Source: Azolla caroliniana (lineage: Eukaryota; Plantae; Polypodiophyta). Taken from it: a DNA stretch of 64,000 nt. The number at the start of each line of letters is the position of its first letter. The first letter of the stretch is position 1. The DNA is taken from NCBI GenBank assembly GCA_043228905.1, contig JBHGNT010000007.1, positions 13,578,001 through 13,642,000 of the forward strand, in the 5' to 3' direction. The translations under genes and the position numbers were made by a program. The notes below the pieces were generated by a model. The model had not been told where the DNA came from. It saw only the letters and a list, made by a program, of their open reading frames with translations, and searched no databases. Shown here piece after piece: positions 35,501 through 47,225 of this stretch.

Positions 35501-37516
35501 AATAAGTGGGTGTACAAGTTGAAACCGGGAGATGCCGACAACCCCCAAGGTACAAAGCCAGGATTGTGGTGAAGGGGTTCCAACAGAAGAAGGGAGTGGA
35601 CTTCGACGAGATATTTGCCCCGGTAGTAAAGATGACTTCCATCCGGACGGTGTTGAGCATAACGGCGAGCATGGACCTCGAGGTAGAGTAGTTAGACGTG
35701 AAGACGGCGTTCCTCCATGGCGACCTCGAAGAGGAGATCTACATGCAGCAACCGTAGGGATTTGTGAAGAAAGGGAAGGAGCACTTGGTTTGCCGGTTGA
35801 AGAAGAGCCTCTACGGTTTGAAGCAAGCTCCCCGGCAATGGTACCGGAAGTTTGACTCCTTCATGACCGATCAAGGGTACCACAAGACGTAGGCCGATCA
35901 CTGTGATTTGTGAAGAAGTTTGAAGGTGGAGACTTCCTGATACTCCTACTGTACGTGGACGACATGTTGATCGTCGGACGAGACCAAGTCAAGATACAGA
36001 TGCTGAAGAAGGCCCTGAACCGGACCTTCTCAATGAAAGACTTGGGTCCGGTAAGACAGATACTGGGGACGCATATCATCCGGGACCGGTCAACGAAGCA
36101 ATTGTGGTTTTCACAGGAGAAGTACGTGACAAAGGTGCTTCAACGGTTCAACATGTTAGATGCGAAACCGGTTGAATCGACACTCCCGGCAAACTGTAGG
36201 TTATCCGGTAAGCAAAGCTCGAAGACGAAGGCAGAGAAGGTGGATATGATGAAGATACCATATGCCTCTGCCATCGGAAGCTTAATGTACGCAATGGTGT
36301 GTACCCGACCAGATATCGAATACGCATTCAGAGTGGTGAGCCGGTTTATGAGCAATCCCGACAAGGAGCACTGGAACGCAGTAAAATGGATACTCCGATA
36401 CTTGAAAGGCACCTCAAGTATGTGTCTCCGATTTGGCTCTGGTAAATCCCAACTCGACGGTTTCACCGATTCAGATATGTCAGCTAATGTGGATACCAAC
36501 CGGTCCACATCCGGATATGTCATGACATACACAGGGGGAGTTGTTTCGTGGTAGTCGAGGCTGCAGAAGACGGTTGCGCTGTCAACCACGGAAGCGGAGT
36601 GCATGGCAGCTGTGGAATCCGGCAAGGAAATACTATGGATGAAGGACTTCATCGTAGAGCTAGGGATCCGGCAAGAGGAATATCGGCTCTATTGCGACAG
36701 TCAAAGTGCCATCCACCTTGAGAAGAACGCGGTGTATCAATCTAGGATGAAGCACATCCAGCGTAGGTACCACTAGATCCGAGAGCGAGTTGAAGATCAA
36801 GAGTTCGTGCTGACGAAGATCCACACGGAGGAGAATGAGTCAGATATGTTGACCAAAGTGTTGACACCCGACAAGCTGGACGCATGCCGGAAGCAGATTA
36901 GATTGACGAGGCATCCCATGCCGGAGTGAAGGGGGAGTTTGTTAGGATTTCAGTCCCTTCGGATGGGATGAAGAAGGCCCAGTGAGAACCGGATGATGAA
37001 GGCCCAATGAGAACCTCTCCCCGGATGAAGGGACATATATGTAAATATGTTCTAGAGAGCCCACATGGGCTATATTTGTAAATAGCCCGAAAGTCATATT
37101 AGTATAAATATGACCTAGGGCAAACAGTAACTGTGTGCATCAATGTGTTGTCATTATTTTGTATAGAGTTAATGAGTGTAACTGTTGTACAGAGCGTAAT
37201 ACAGAGAGAGAGAGAGAGAGAGAAACAGAGCGAGTCTCTGTTGTAACTGCCGCTAGGCAAAGATTATGAGCAAGAGGTTGTTGCCTCTGTGTTCACCTGT
37301 TGTATTCCTCTCGATATAGTGATAGTTGGGGTTTGTGGACTCCCATGGTTTTTCCCATTTAGGGTTTTCCACGTAAACATATTGTGTACTCTCTTTCAGT
37401 GGTTTCTTGTGTATATGTGCATCTATCTCCACACTCCCATTTCTGTGTTTGTAATTTTCAACAAAGTAATTGAAGACTCAGTTGTGGCTGAGCATTATTC
37501 CGCATATTTCCTAACA
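32258..37516 (+). mobile_element. Ty1/copia element with two LTRs (32258-32868, 36940-37516); no TSD visible
   Basis: TGTTAGG...CCTAACA LTR pair, PBS TGGTATTAGAGC (iMet-like) at ~32872, PPT GGAGTGAAGGGGGAGTT at ~36923-36939. The internal region is highly similar to 15935-19981. Confidence 0.95.
32900..36929 (+). pseudogene. Copia gag-pol with many stops and frameshifts
   Basis: Fragments 32900-33253, 33289-33699 (knuckle), 33724-34451, 34488-35048 (INT), 34868-35691 and 35910-36554 (YVDD, FTDSD). Confidence 0.94.
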
Positions 37517-38497
37517 AACTGGAACACAAGTAAATAAACTTCACTCAACACAAGCATTGTTACTTCTTGGTATGCCTATGTGATGTCTTTTTAGTTCTTG
37601 GTTAATGGGGGAGCTTCCCCTTTGAGATGCGCTAAGATGACTTAGTGAAGACAACTGTGTACCTCACATAACCCAATATAATGATTGAAACGAGACTCCA
37701 TTTTAGATGCAGATGTCTTGAAGAACAATGTTGCCACGGGAGGTGAATCAAGATATTCTCGTTATCCAACATTCCTCTACAATTTTTAGCTTGGCATGTA
37801 ACCATCCAAAACATATTATCATCTCAAGTTTGGAGTGGTGTCATGCACATCGCCTTTCTATTGTTAATTTTAGTTTTGTGAAGGCGTATTGAGTTATGAT
37901 ATGATTTCATTCCAAATTGTAGGTAGGCATGCAGTTGGGACGGTGATTTAATGCGAGTTTAATACCTTACGTATGATTTTTCTATTATGGAATTTGATTA
38001 GTGGATTACAACATAGATGTAGCCTAGTTGGTAAGGTTGCCCAAAGGGGAGCAAAAGGTCACTCCCTATATTAGTGGCATCTAACTTCTTTGATGCCATG
38101 CTTCTTTGCTTGTCAATGAGCTTAACCACAAGTGCTCTATGTATTTTCATGATAAGAATCTTATGCATAAGTAAAGAGTACAATGCACACATACGTGGAT
38201 AAGAAGTTGGGCTTGATATATCCAACTCGAAGACATTATACATGGTAGATAGAGTTATGTGTGTGTGGTAATCGATTGTGAGGAACGTTGTTCGAATGGC
38301 CATGTGTACTTCAAGCCATAGTGCTAGATGCTCATGATCCTCAATAGGATGAATAGGGGGATATTTGCACGTACAATTTTCTCTAACGAGCCATCCTCGA
38401 GTCCCATTCATGAATTCAAGACCATGACTACGAGCACAGAGAATGGTGATTCCACAAGATGGCAAGGGGGTATGGGTTGAGTGCACCATATCCTTGT

Positions 38498-39447
38498 AGA
38501 GAGATAGATAGATAGATAGATAGATTATATTATTGTCTTCGGAGGTCAAATGTGACCTATGAGACCAAAAATATTACATTTCACGTGATACGTGTGAAAG
38601 TGAGTAGTGACTCTTGATGTTCAAGAACTTTACCAATGAATGTTGCAATCGAGAGTGCACATTGTGGTTGTGAGAGGAATTCATTCAAAGATTGGGCTCG
38701 ATCGAAGAGATGTGGAAAGCATGGTCGAATATGATCAAAGACAGAGCATTGTATCAAAGTGTGATACTCAGACTCACGAACTTGTTTAGGGCAAAGTGTG
38801 CATAGCCGACCACTCTCATCACTTGTACCCCAACGCCTTGTTTCACATTGCAATGCATGTGAGCTAAGTCGCATGGAAGCAATGGTTCGAATGGCAGATA
38901 ACGGTATGGGCTCTAACATGTATGGATGTGTACGATTTCCCCGTTCCGCAAAGAATATGGTTTTGTAGTTAGGTGCAACATGTGTAGTATAATGTGTGAA
39001 GCGTGGGCCTCCACATTTGTCCCATGTCATGATACATTGGCGTTGCAAAAATGCCTCATTTACAGAGGAATTTAATGATGCATCATGAAGCAAGTGTCTC
39101 GCATCCCATCTACCAAACCATTTTTCTATATCTTGCATCCAACCGGAACACAAAATTTTGCTTTTATGTGTCTTTTGGATCTTTTTGCTTGTTTCCCACG
39201 CAATTCTAGGAAGTCGATGTGAGGGACTTTTTTGAACCTTAAGCATGTATTCAACAACCTTTTCCATGGCCATGATCTCAATGGGAAGCGAGCCTGTCTC
39301 AAGGTGGAGGTTGTAGGGCGTTTGTTTCTTAACTTGTAGAAACTTGGTAAGAAAATGCTTTTGGACATTTTCAAACTCTTTCCACATAGATTTAGGGATG
39401 CTACCGCCCCATACTTCCACCCCATAGAGAAGAACCAGTGTCATCAA
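38498..39447 (-). mobile_element. 5'-truncated LINE, ORF2 C-terminus with zinc-binding motif, (ATCT)n tail
   Basis: ORF 38581-39516 has LLYGVEVWG, LETG.LP and RLSSHAL..ETRRW..RLCTLCP..ESEYHTLIQC. 3' hairpin at 38535-38566, then a (GATA)n run on the plus strand. Confidence 0.85.
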
Positions 39448-40143
39448 AGAGAGAGATAGAGAGAGAAAGAAAGATATATTAACGTCTTCTAAGGCCAAAA
39501 TTGGCCCATGAGACAAATGGTTTACAACAAAAAATGGGATATTTACCCATTCATCGAAAGTAATAAAAATAAAAATAAAAATAGAGTTTTAAGCTAAATA
39601 GTTCTAGTAAAATAAAAATAACAAACATGTTCTACAATGAAAATGATGTTATACTAGGCCTAATTTCATTTCCATCCAAGTCTCTCAAAGAGAAACGAGA
39701 GGTCAAAGGGTTTCGATGTGGATGTGGCCCGTGGCCCCAATGTAAAAGGTACCCCAACCATAGCTTCTAGTCAACGTAGCTCACGTTCCCTTATCTTCTT
39801 AATCCTTTCTACTCAGTGTCGACTTGTTTTGAAGCCCAACATCCGAGGGCGTTTGGTTGTTCTTTGCATTTCAGCTTCCTCAAGAGAGAGGCCGAGTGGC
39901 ATAAGTGTATCCACATTCATCGTCTCCCCTTGTTCTTGAAAAATTACACTAGTTACAAGTTGATGAATAGTAAAAGGGTTATGGTTCACACTTTGTAATT
40001 TATTCTCCCTATGTTGTTTTAGCTCTAGGATATACCTACCTAGTCTCTCTACATCCAGGGTATCTAATAGTTTGGAGAGGGTGGGAGAGGGTCCTAATAT
40101 GTCTTGGTATTCCACTCGTATCTCAGCATAAGTTGGGCACTGG
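39448..40143 (-). mobile_element. LINE 3' fragment, family B copy 1
   Basis: Near-identical to 41741-42420, with a 3' hairpin and CT/CTTT tail. ORF 39813-40115 is the ORF2 C-terminus. Confidence 0.85.
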
Positions 40144-41709
40144 AACTAGTACACACGAATGTGTGCTATGTAGATGCTCCATCGTATCGAGGTGGACAGT
40201 ACTTCGTAATGTTTATTGACGACTATAGCCGGAAGCCATGGGCCTTTGTACTGAAGTAGAAGGATCAAGTATTCTTCAAACTGCCCTTTATATTCACCTT
40301 GCATCTTCAAAGGACAATGCAAGGCCCAAGGTATTCGAATTGAATACATTGTATCGAAGACACCTGAATTGAATGTTCTTGCAAATAGGATGAATCGAAC
40401 GATCATGGAGAAAGGAAGGAGCATGTTGTTGCATGCTAAGTTGCCGAAATCTTATTGGGTTGAGGCGATGTACACATTTGTTTATATGATCATTGAAAGG
40501 TGATATCCCACAGAGGGTGTGGACAGGAAAGGATGTCTCCTACCAACACCTGAGGGTGTTCGGATGTCTGGTGTATATGCATGTGGCTAAGGATCAGAGG
40601 TCGAAGCTCGACAACAAGTCGAAACCATGCATATTCATGGGATACTCGAAGGACAAGTTCGGCTACCGGTTGTGGGACTTAGTCGACAAGAAAGTAGTGA
40701 GGATTCGGGACGTTGTCTTCTTGGAAGAAAATACTATTTAGGACTAGAATCAACAAAAGTCAGAATCGACTACCTAGTCAACTCCCACTACTACCAACTT
40801 AAGGCTAAGTGAACCAACACAATCTGTTCGGAGATAGCCGGTCGGCTAAGTTGAATCCGAGTCGGTTGACTCGGAGCAACCGACCAATATAGATGAGTGG
40901 GAGTTGGTGGACCTATTGAAGTCGATCGAGGAATATGAGTAAGGAGCGGACAACGAGTGGAAGAAGATACCCACTCAGAGAAAGAAGAGCACCGACTACA
41001 TATGCCAGTCAATACATCCTCTTGACTGATGAAGGTGAACCCGAGTGCTATGATGAAGCCATTGTCGACGAGTACAATGAGAACTGGCAGGTTACGATGC
41101 AAGAGAGATGGACTCTTTGCACGAGAATTATACTTACGACTTGGTGGAGCTACCAAAAGGTAAGAGCACACTCAAAAATAAATGGGTCTACAAGGTGAAG
41201 ATTGGAGAAGTCGACAACAAACCCATATATAAAGCCTGCATTGTGGTGAAGGGGTTCCAGTAGAGGTTGGAAAAGAGCTGATTTGGATGAGAAAATTTCT
41301 CTATGAGTTGGGAATGAAACAAATGGAGTTCCTATTTTATTGTGACAGCTAAAGCGCCATACATCTACTGAAGAATGTTCTGTACCACTCCCGAACCAAG
41401 CACATACAAAGAAGGTATCATTGGTTGCGGGAGAAAGTGGAGGAAGGAGAGCTCACCCTTGTGAAGATCCATATTGATGACAATGGATCCGACATGTTGA
41501 AAAAGAACCTACCGATGGATAGAATCTAAGTCTGTCGATAGAGGACAGGGCTGATCGACTCCACCCATAGGAGTGAAGGGGAGTTTGTTAGGAATATAGT
41601 GTATAAGTATAAATACAGTTAGGGCAAACACAGAATTACTATAAAACAAAGTGTGTAGAATAGTGTTATAGTTTCTATAGCAAAAGAGTTACAGAGAGAC
41701 AAGACAGAG

Positions 41710-41740
<31 letters not shown>
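40144..41740 (+). mobile_element. Internally deleted copia remnant (integrase, partial RT, RNase H, PPT, start of 3' LTR at 41586)
   Basis: PQRVWTGKDVSYQHLRVFGC, LTDEGEPECYDEA, RTKHIQRRYHW, and PPT GGAGTGAAGGGGAGTT before TGTTAGG. Most of the RT is missing at ~41262. Confidence 0.85.
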
Positions 41741-41757
<17 letters not shown>

Positions 41758-44400
41758 AAGTATATTAACGTCTTCTAAGGCCAAAATTGGCCCATGAGAC
41801 AAATGGTTTACAACAAAAAATGGGATATTTACCCATTCATCGAAAGTAATAAAAATAAAAATAAAAATAGAGTTTTAAGCTAAATTGTTCTAGTAAAATA
41901 AAAATAACAAAAATTTTCTACAATGAAAATGATGTTATACTAGGCCTAATTTCATTTCCATCCAAGTCTCTCGAAGAGAAGCGGGAGGTCAAAGGGTTTC
42001 GATGTGGATGTGGCCTGTGGCCCCAATGTAAAAGGTGCCCCAACCATAGCTTCTTGTCAATGTAGGTCACGTTCCCTTATCTTCTTAATCCTTTCTACTC
42101 TGTGTCGACTTGTTTTGAAACCCAACATCCAAGGGCGTTTGGTTGTTCTTTGTGTTTCGGTTTCCTCAAGAGAGAAGCCGAGCGGCGTAAGTGTATCCAC
42201 ATTCATCGTCTCCCCTGAAAAATTACACTAGTCACAAGTTGATGAATAGTAAAAGGGTTATGGTTAACACTTTGTAATTTATTCTCCTTATGTTGTTTTA
42301 GCTCTAAGATATACCTACCTAGTCTCTTTACATCTGGGGTATCTAATAGTTTGGAGAGGGTGGGAGAGGGTCCTAATGTGTCTTGGTATTCCACTTGTAT
42401 CTCGGCATAAGTTGGGCACTTGCATGTGAAGTGATACTCATACTCTATCTCTATGTGGCACAACCTACATAGTCTTTCCTCCCTAGGGACTCTATTAGCC
42501 CGACCATTCTCAATCTCAAGTTGGTGAGATGATATCCTAAGTTGTCCAATTGCAACCCTTAGTGCATTTGATAAGAATGTATCTAGATATCTTGGTCGTG
42601 TAATAAAACCTAATTAAGAGAAGTGCAAGAAGTGTTCCTTATAGTACAACATTTTAGATGGGAGTGGCTCTTGTGTATCGAGTGTAAATTTGCCATATTT
42701 CTTGGCATATCACTTTATTACGGTCTTCATGAGATATTAGAGTTTGATTAGTCCCATGGTTGTACTTAAGGGGGGGTAGGTTATTAATGTCTATGCCGTT
42801 TGCAAGTAACCAACTCACCACAGTGCTATACCAAGAGCAGGTTCTCCAGACGCATGTAGGGATCGAGATGCCTCAAAGGCTCGACGGGATATCCTATCTT
42901 GTGGTTGGTTATGTATCCGATGAATAAAAACTACCACTTGAAACAATGCTTCTATTAACATCGGGGGCAGACTAAACTCTGCTCTAATAATGTCATGTGG
43001 TATTGTCGATTTGCTTCAGAGTTGACGTGATAACATCGTCACCAAAGGTCTCTCTAATTGCGTCCACATGAAAGATGGTAGACCTGGAGCCCATACGACT
43101 AATGCATACATGAGGGAAGCGGCCACTAATGAGTCGAAGAGCCATCCCTTAGTCTGTGGCTCTTGAAAGTATGCTTGATGGCATTGTCTCTCTAAGAGTG
43201 AGAGGGATGCATACCCTCTCGTTAGCCTACCTTTGGCTACCTGGGTCATCGAGAATTTACCTGAGCGAGCACTAAAAGTGACTCCCAAGTATACATATGA
43301 TCCAACTACCTCAACTAGTTTATGAGAGAGGATTAGGTGACATTTACTCCTAACTCGGGATGATGTATGAAAGATAAGGACTTTAGTTTTCTCTAGATTC
43401 ACTACCAGTCCTCGTTGTGTAAAAAAGTCATCTAGGGCATTAAGATGCTTTTGTAGGTCGTGTTCTAACTTCGAGAGCAAGACAATGTCGTCCGCGTAGA
43501 GTAAGAGACTAACTTGCGTATCCCCAATAGCTACTCCCTTGCCTCCCTTACGAGCAATAAAATCAGTGATCTCATCAATGTAGATCCCAAAAAGAGTCGG
43601 TGATAGGGGGCAACCTATTTTACACCAATGGTGCTAGTGAAACAATCAGATAGGCCACCTGGGCATCTTATGCACCCAAAGACTTGCTCATATAGGGCAT
43701 AAATGGCCCAAATCATGTCATTTGGTATCTCCAAGCTCTTAAGTCTATCAAACAACTTCTCCCTAGGAACTGTGTCAAAGGCTTTGCGGAAGTCCACAAA
43801 GCAACAATATAGTTTCCTCTTACGAGCCTTCGTCTGGTCAATTAAGCACCTAAGTGTGAAGATACGGTGAATAGTGGAGAAGGCTCGTCTAAAGCCAACC
43901 TGCTCAGGTGCTCGAAGACTTAATGTTTCCATATAATTGCTAAGCTCCGCTTCCATTACCGCACCATATAGTTTAGCGACCGTATGGCCTATCATAATGG
44001 TCCTATATGTATTTGGGTCCATTGGGTCCATTGGATCCATTGGATCCATTGGGTCCCCTCCTTTATGTATAGGGGCCACTGTGTTCATGGTCCATTGTGG
44101 TGGAAAACCCTCGGCGAGGGTGCGGTTGAAGATTAGAGTGAGAAAGGGGGCTAGGCACTCTCGAGCATATATGATGTGCTCAGCTCGCAATCATGTGTGG
44201 TCCATGGATTTCCTATGTTGTAATTTTTTTATTGCCCTATCTAATATATCTGTTTTTATTGTCTTGGTGGAGACCCCACTTGTGTAACCCTTGATTGACT
44301 TGTAGCATGAGGAGTGATGGAGCTAAAGAAAGTCGTAATGGTTCTTTGTTGATGAGCTATTATGGTTGTATAGTTGTCCTTGAACAAATTCCCTCTATGT
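41741..44400 (-). mobile_element. LINE family B copy 2 with RT domain (5' boundary approximate)
   Basis: PIHKGGD..NTYRTI, QVGFR, FVDFRKAFDTV, GVK*GCPLSPTLF, LLYADD (~43485-43505), YVYLGV, and a C-terminal Cys/His motif. Contains an in-frame 9-bp (PMD)x4 repeat at ~44013-44057. Confidence 0.9.
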
Positions 44401-44856
44401 TCTCTTGAGTTTTAGCAAGAACATTTTGAAGCACCATTGCTCTTCATATTTCATTACCAATGAGAGGGGAAAATGTCCTATGAGACCGAATAAGAGATTA
44501 CATCTTAAACTTGTTGTCTCGTTTTTGAAAATAACAAAATCAAAATCAATATTACGAAATTGGTAGAACTGCTTAAGGTACCAGAGAATCTCATTATCTA
44601 AGCATCTAATTTCTCATTTAATTTTTATTCTTAATGTTTGGTGTTTTTTTGCAATCGTATGAATTTTGCTAATACAATCTTCCTTTGCTCCAAATGTAAG
44701 CTGGGGCTACATTAGATAAATTATCAATAGTTAACCTACCTTTTCAGGAAAGACATGAATTGACATTATTAAGGCAAGTATATTTTGAACAATTCTCTTT
44801 GATATTGATGACTTGTTTTGAAACTGCCTTAATGAGTGGCATTATTACTTTTTCAG

Positions 44857-44949
44857 GCAGACTTTAGATATATAGTCGCAAATGTATTTACAGCTCTGAA
44901 TCTGCCTTTGGGCACCACAACCACTTTTGCAAAGGATCTCAAGTCAGAG
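44857..44949 (+). pseudogene. Candidate orphan exon, possibly an upstream exon of the FLV pseudogene
   Basis: Polypyrimidine TTTTCAG acceptor and GT donor bound an open 31-codon stretch (ADFRYIVANVFTALNLPLG...) on the same strand as the FLV exons. Homology is not established. Confidence 0.3.
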
Positions 44950-45971
44950 GTTTTTTTTCTTTTTTCAAAACAAATTATCCTTCCATTAGTTATAAAGAAA
45001 GGTCATAACGGTTACATCATGCAAAGTATTTTTTCCCAAGCCCGTCTTGTGTAGACAACGGTTGCAGAAACAAATCTATGTACTCCAACATAGAGAAAAC
45101 AGTCCCGCAATTACAATCTATTCCCTAGACACATTGCAAGGTATCCATATTCATAGGCAACAACGAAAGTAGCTCTATTCGGAAACAAACCCTCTCAGGT
45201 CATAGTTATGAGTCATTCAATATTTCTTCAACCTGTACATCGCTGCTGTTAACTCTTAGGGCCGGACAATGGCCTAACACAGAGTGTCTACGGAAGACAC
45301 TTCACCAAAGGGTGTTACGGCAACCGGATTAGACTCAACGCTTAATCCGACTTAATTAAGTTACTTAGCATGATCATCTTTCATAATCACACGCGTAAGA
45401 TATAACAATTAAGACAGAACGGCAATTAATACAGAGAGATAACAACGCTAAGCTTTTATTAATTAACCGCCATTCATTACATTGTATCTGGGCCTTTAAA
45501 TAGGTTTTCGGTCTGTATTACAAAACGGTGCCATCCGCACCTGTTCGGGATCGGTCCGGATCCGGAACGGCATACCGATTCATACCGATTCCGGTCCGTC
45601 CGTCCACACTCATAGCTTAAATACAACCACATTCCTACTACTTAAATAACTCTCCGTTTCCCACTCTGGACTCCTTTGCCGGCCGGTAACACATGGCACG
45701 CCCGTGGGACAGTACCTTGTACGTCGAATCCACAACAGACCCTTGCATTCTTCGTCCAAAATATCCAGAATGCTTTGTTCGAGAGTCTCCAATGGTTCAT
45801 CTGGAATTGGTTGTTGTTGTTGTTGTTGTTGTTGCTGCTATTGCTGCTCTGTTGATGTCTGCTGCGACGGGTCCGTTGATGGCTGCTGCGGCCGCTCCTC
45901 CGTTTGTTGCTCTGACACCGACATCTCCGTCGTTGCTCCCTTCGTCGTAGTGGTCTCCGGTTGATTGGTTC

Positions 45972-46683
45972 TGACGGGAACTCAACGCTCCTAATGCACA
46001 ACGCTCGGCCACAACCGAGCTTAGAATGATACACAGAAAAACCACGACAAGAAGAAGAAGAGAATACACAGGAGGTTTATGTGGAAAACCCCAAACTAGG
46101 GGAAAAACCACGGCAGCCCACAGGCTGCAAACTGTCACTATGTAGGGATATACAACAGTGAGTTCACTGAGGCACCGACCTCGTGCTCACAAATCTTCGC
46201 CATAGGGGGCGGTTACAACAGAGGCAACGACCTCTTTCTCTCTCTCTCTCTCTGTACAATTACGCATACTAATCTCGTGCAAAACAGAAAATAACAACAA
46301 CTACTAAAAGTTTGCCCTAAGTCATATTTATACTAATATGAATTTTCGGCTATTTACAAATATAGCCTCGATGGGCTCTCAGAAACATATTTACGAATAT
46401 GTCTCTTCCTCCGGTTCTCACTGGGTCTGCACCATCCGGCTCTCCATAGCCGGGTACTCCTCATCCGGTTCACACCGGGTCTGTATCATCCGGCTCTCCG
46501 TAGCCGGTTACTCCTCATCCAGTTTCGGCCTCGGCCTATCAGCCTTGGCCGAGTTTGTTCATCGGCACTGTATCATCCGGCTCTCCGTAGCCAGGTACTC
46601 CTCATCCGGTTTCGGCCTCGGCCGAGTTTGTTCATCGGCACTGTTCTTCTCCCTTCCCATCCGGAGGGACCTGTCTCCCAACA
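45972..46683 (-). mobile_element. Solo LTR of the 54-bp-array copia family, TSD GGTTC
   Basis: Homologous to 15091-15924. GGTTC at 45967-45971 and 46684-46688. Confidence 0.95.
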
Positions 46684-47225
46684 GGTTCCGGGCTGGCCCT
46701 CAGCCGGCGACGGTTCCTCATCACTAAGGTTAACCGTTGCCGCTTCCCGTGCTTTTTCTTCCCAAACCCGGGACCGCTCGTAGCTTTCAAACTGGATTTG
46801 AGCGTCCAGCCTATCATCATCTAGCTGAGCTACGAGCTGCCTGACCTGCGCCAGCTGTTCATCCGCCAAGACTTGGAAGTCGTCGGCCAGCTCGTCCCGT
46901 ATGGCGGTGAAGTCCTCAGAAGTCAACGTATAACAATCATCTCCTTCCTTCCGCCGGTTTGCCACATCTGCCCGTAGCAATTGGAGTTCCGCCGCGTTTT
47001 GTGCCCACTTTATCCACCATCTTACAGAGCTTTCATCAATCAAGTGTTTTTTCTGATTCAGCCATGCCCGGAGGATAGACTGAATCCGGCCCGTTCCCAA
47101 TTGCGATTTGGTTTCCGCCGCTTGTCGTTCCTCCTTCAGTTGCTTGATGGTTTTGACGTTGTCTTCCGCATGCGCCTTGTAATGCATCAATTGCCTTTGA
47201 TATGTGCTTTGTAATTTCTGCAATA

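Larger units (their letters stand above)
29200..38495 (+). mobile_element. Ancient, heavily decayed Ty3 relic related to the 1-5373 element; host of the LINE and copia insertions (boundaries approximate)
   Basis: Around 30400-30590, frameshifted translation gives VGCANPTVIHAMVI...KPIPIPRAHI...MGILEPLNAP, matching IGCVDPTIVEPMVI...KPIPVPRAHI...MGILEPSSAP. VRGVMEDVSFSDII at 30103 resembles ISGAVEAVSFDDTL. Weak integrase-like traces at 37900-38490. Confidence 0.55.
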
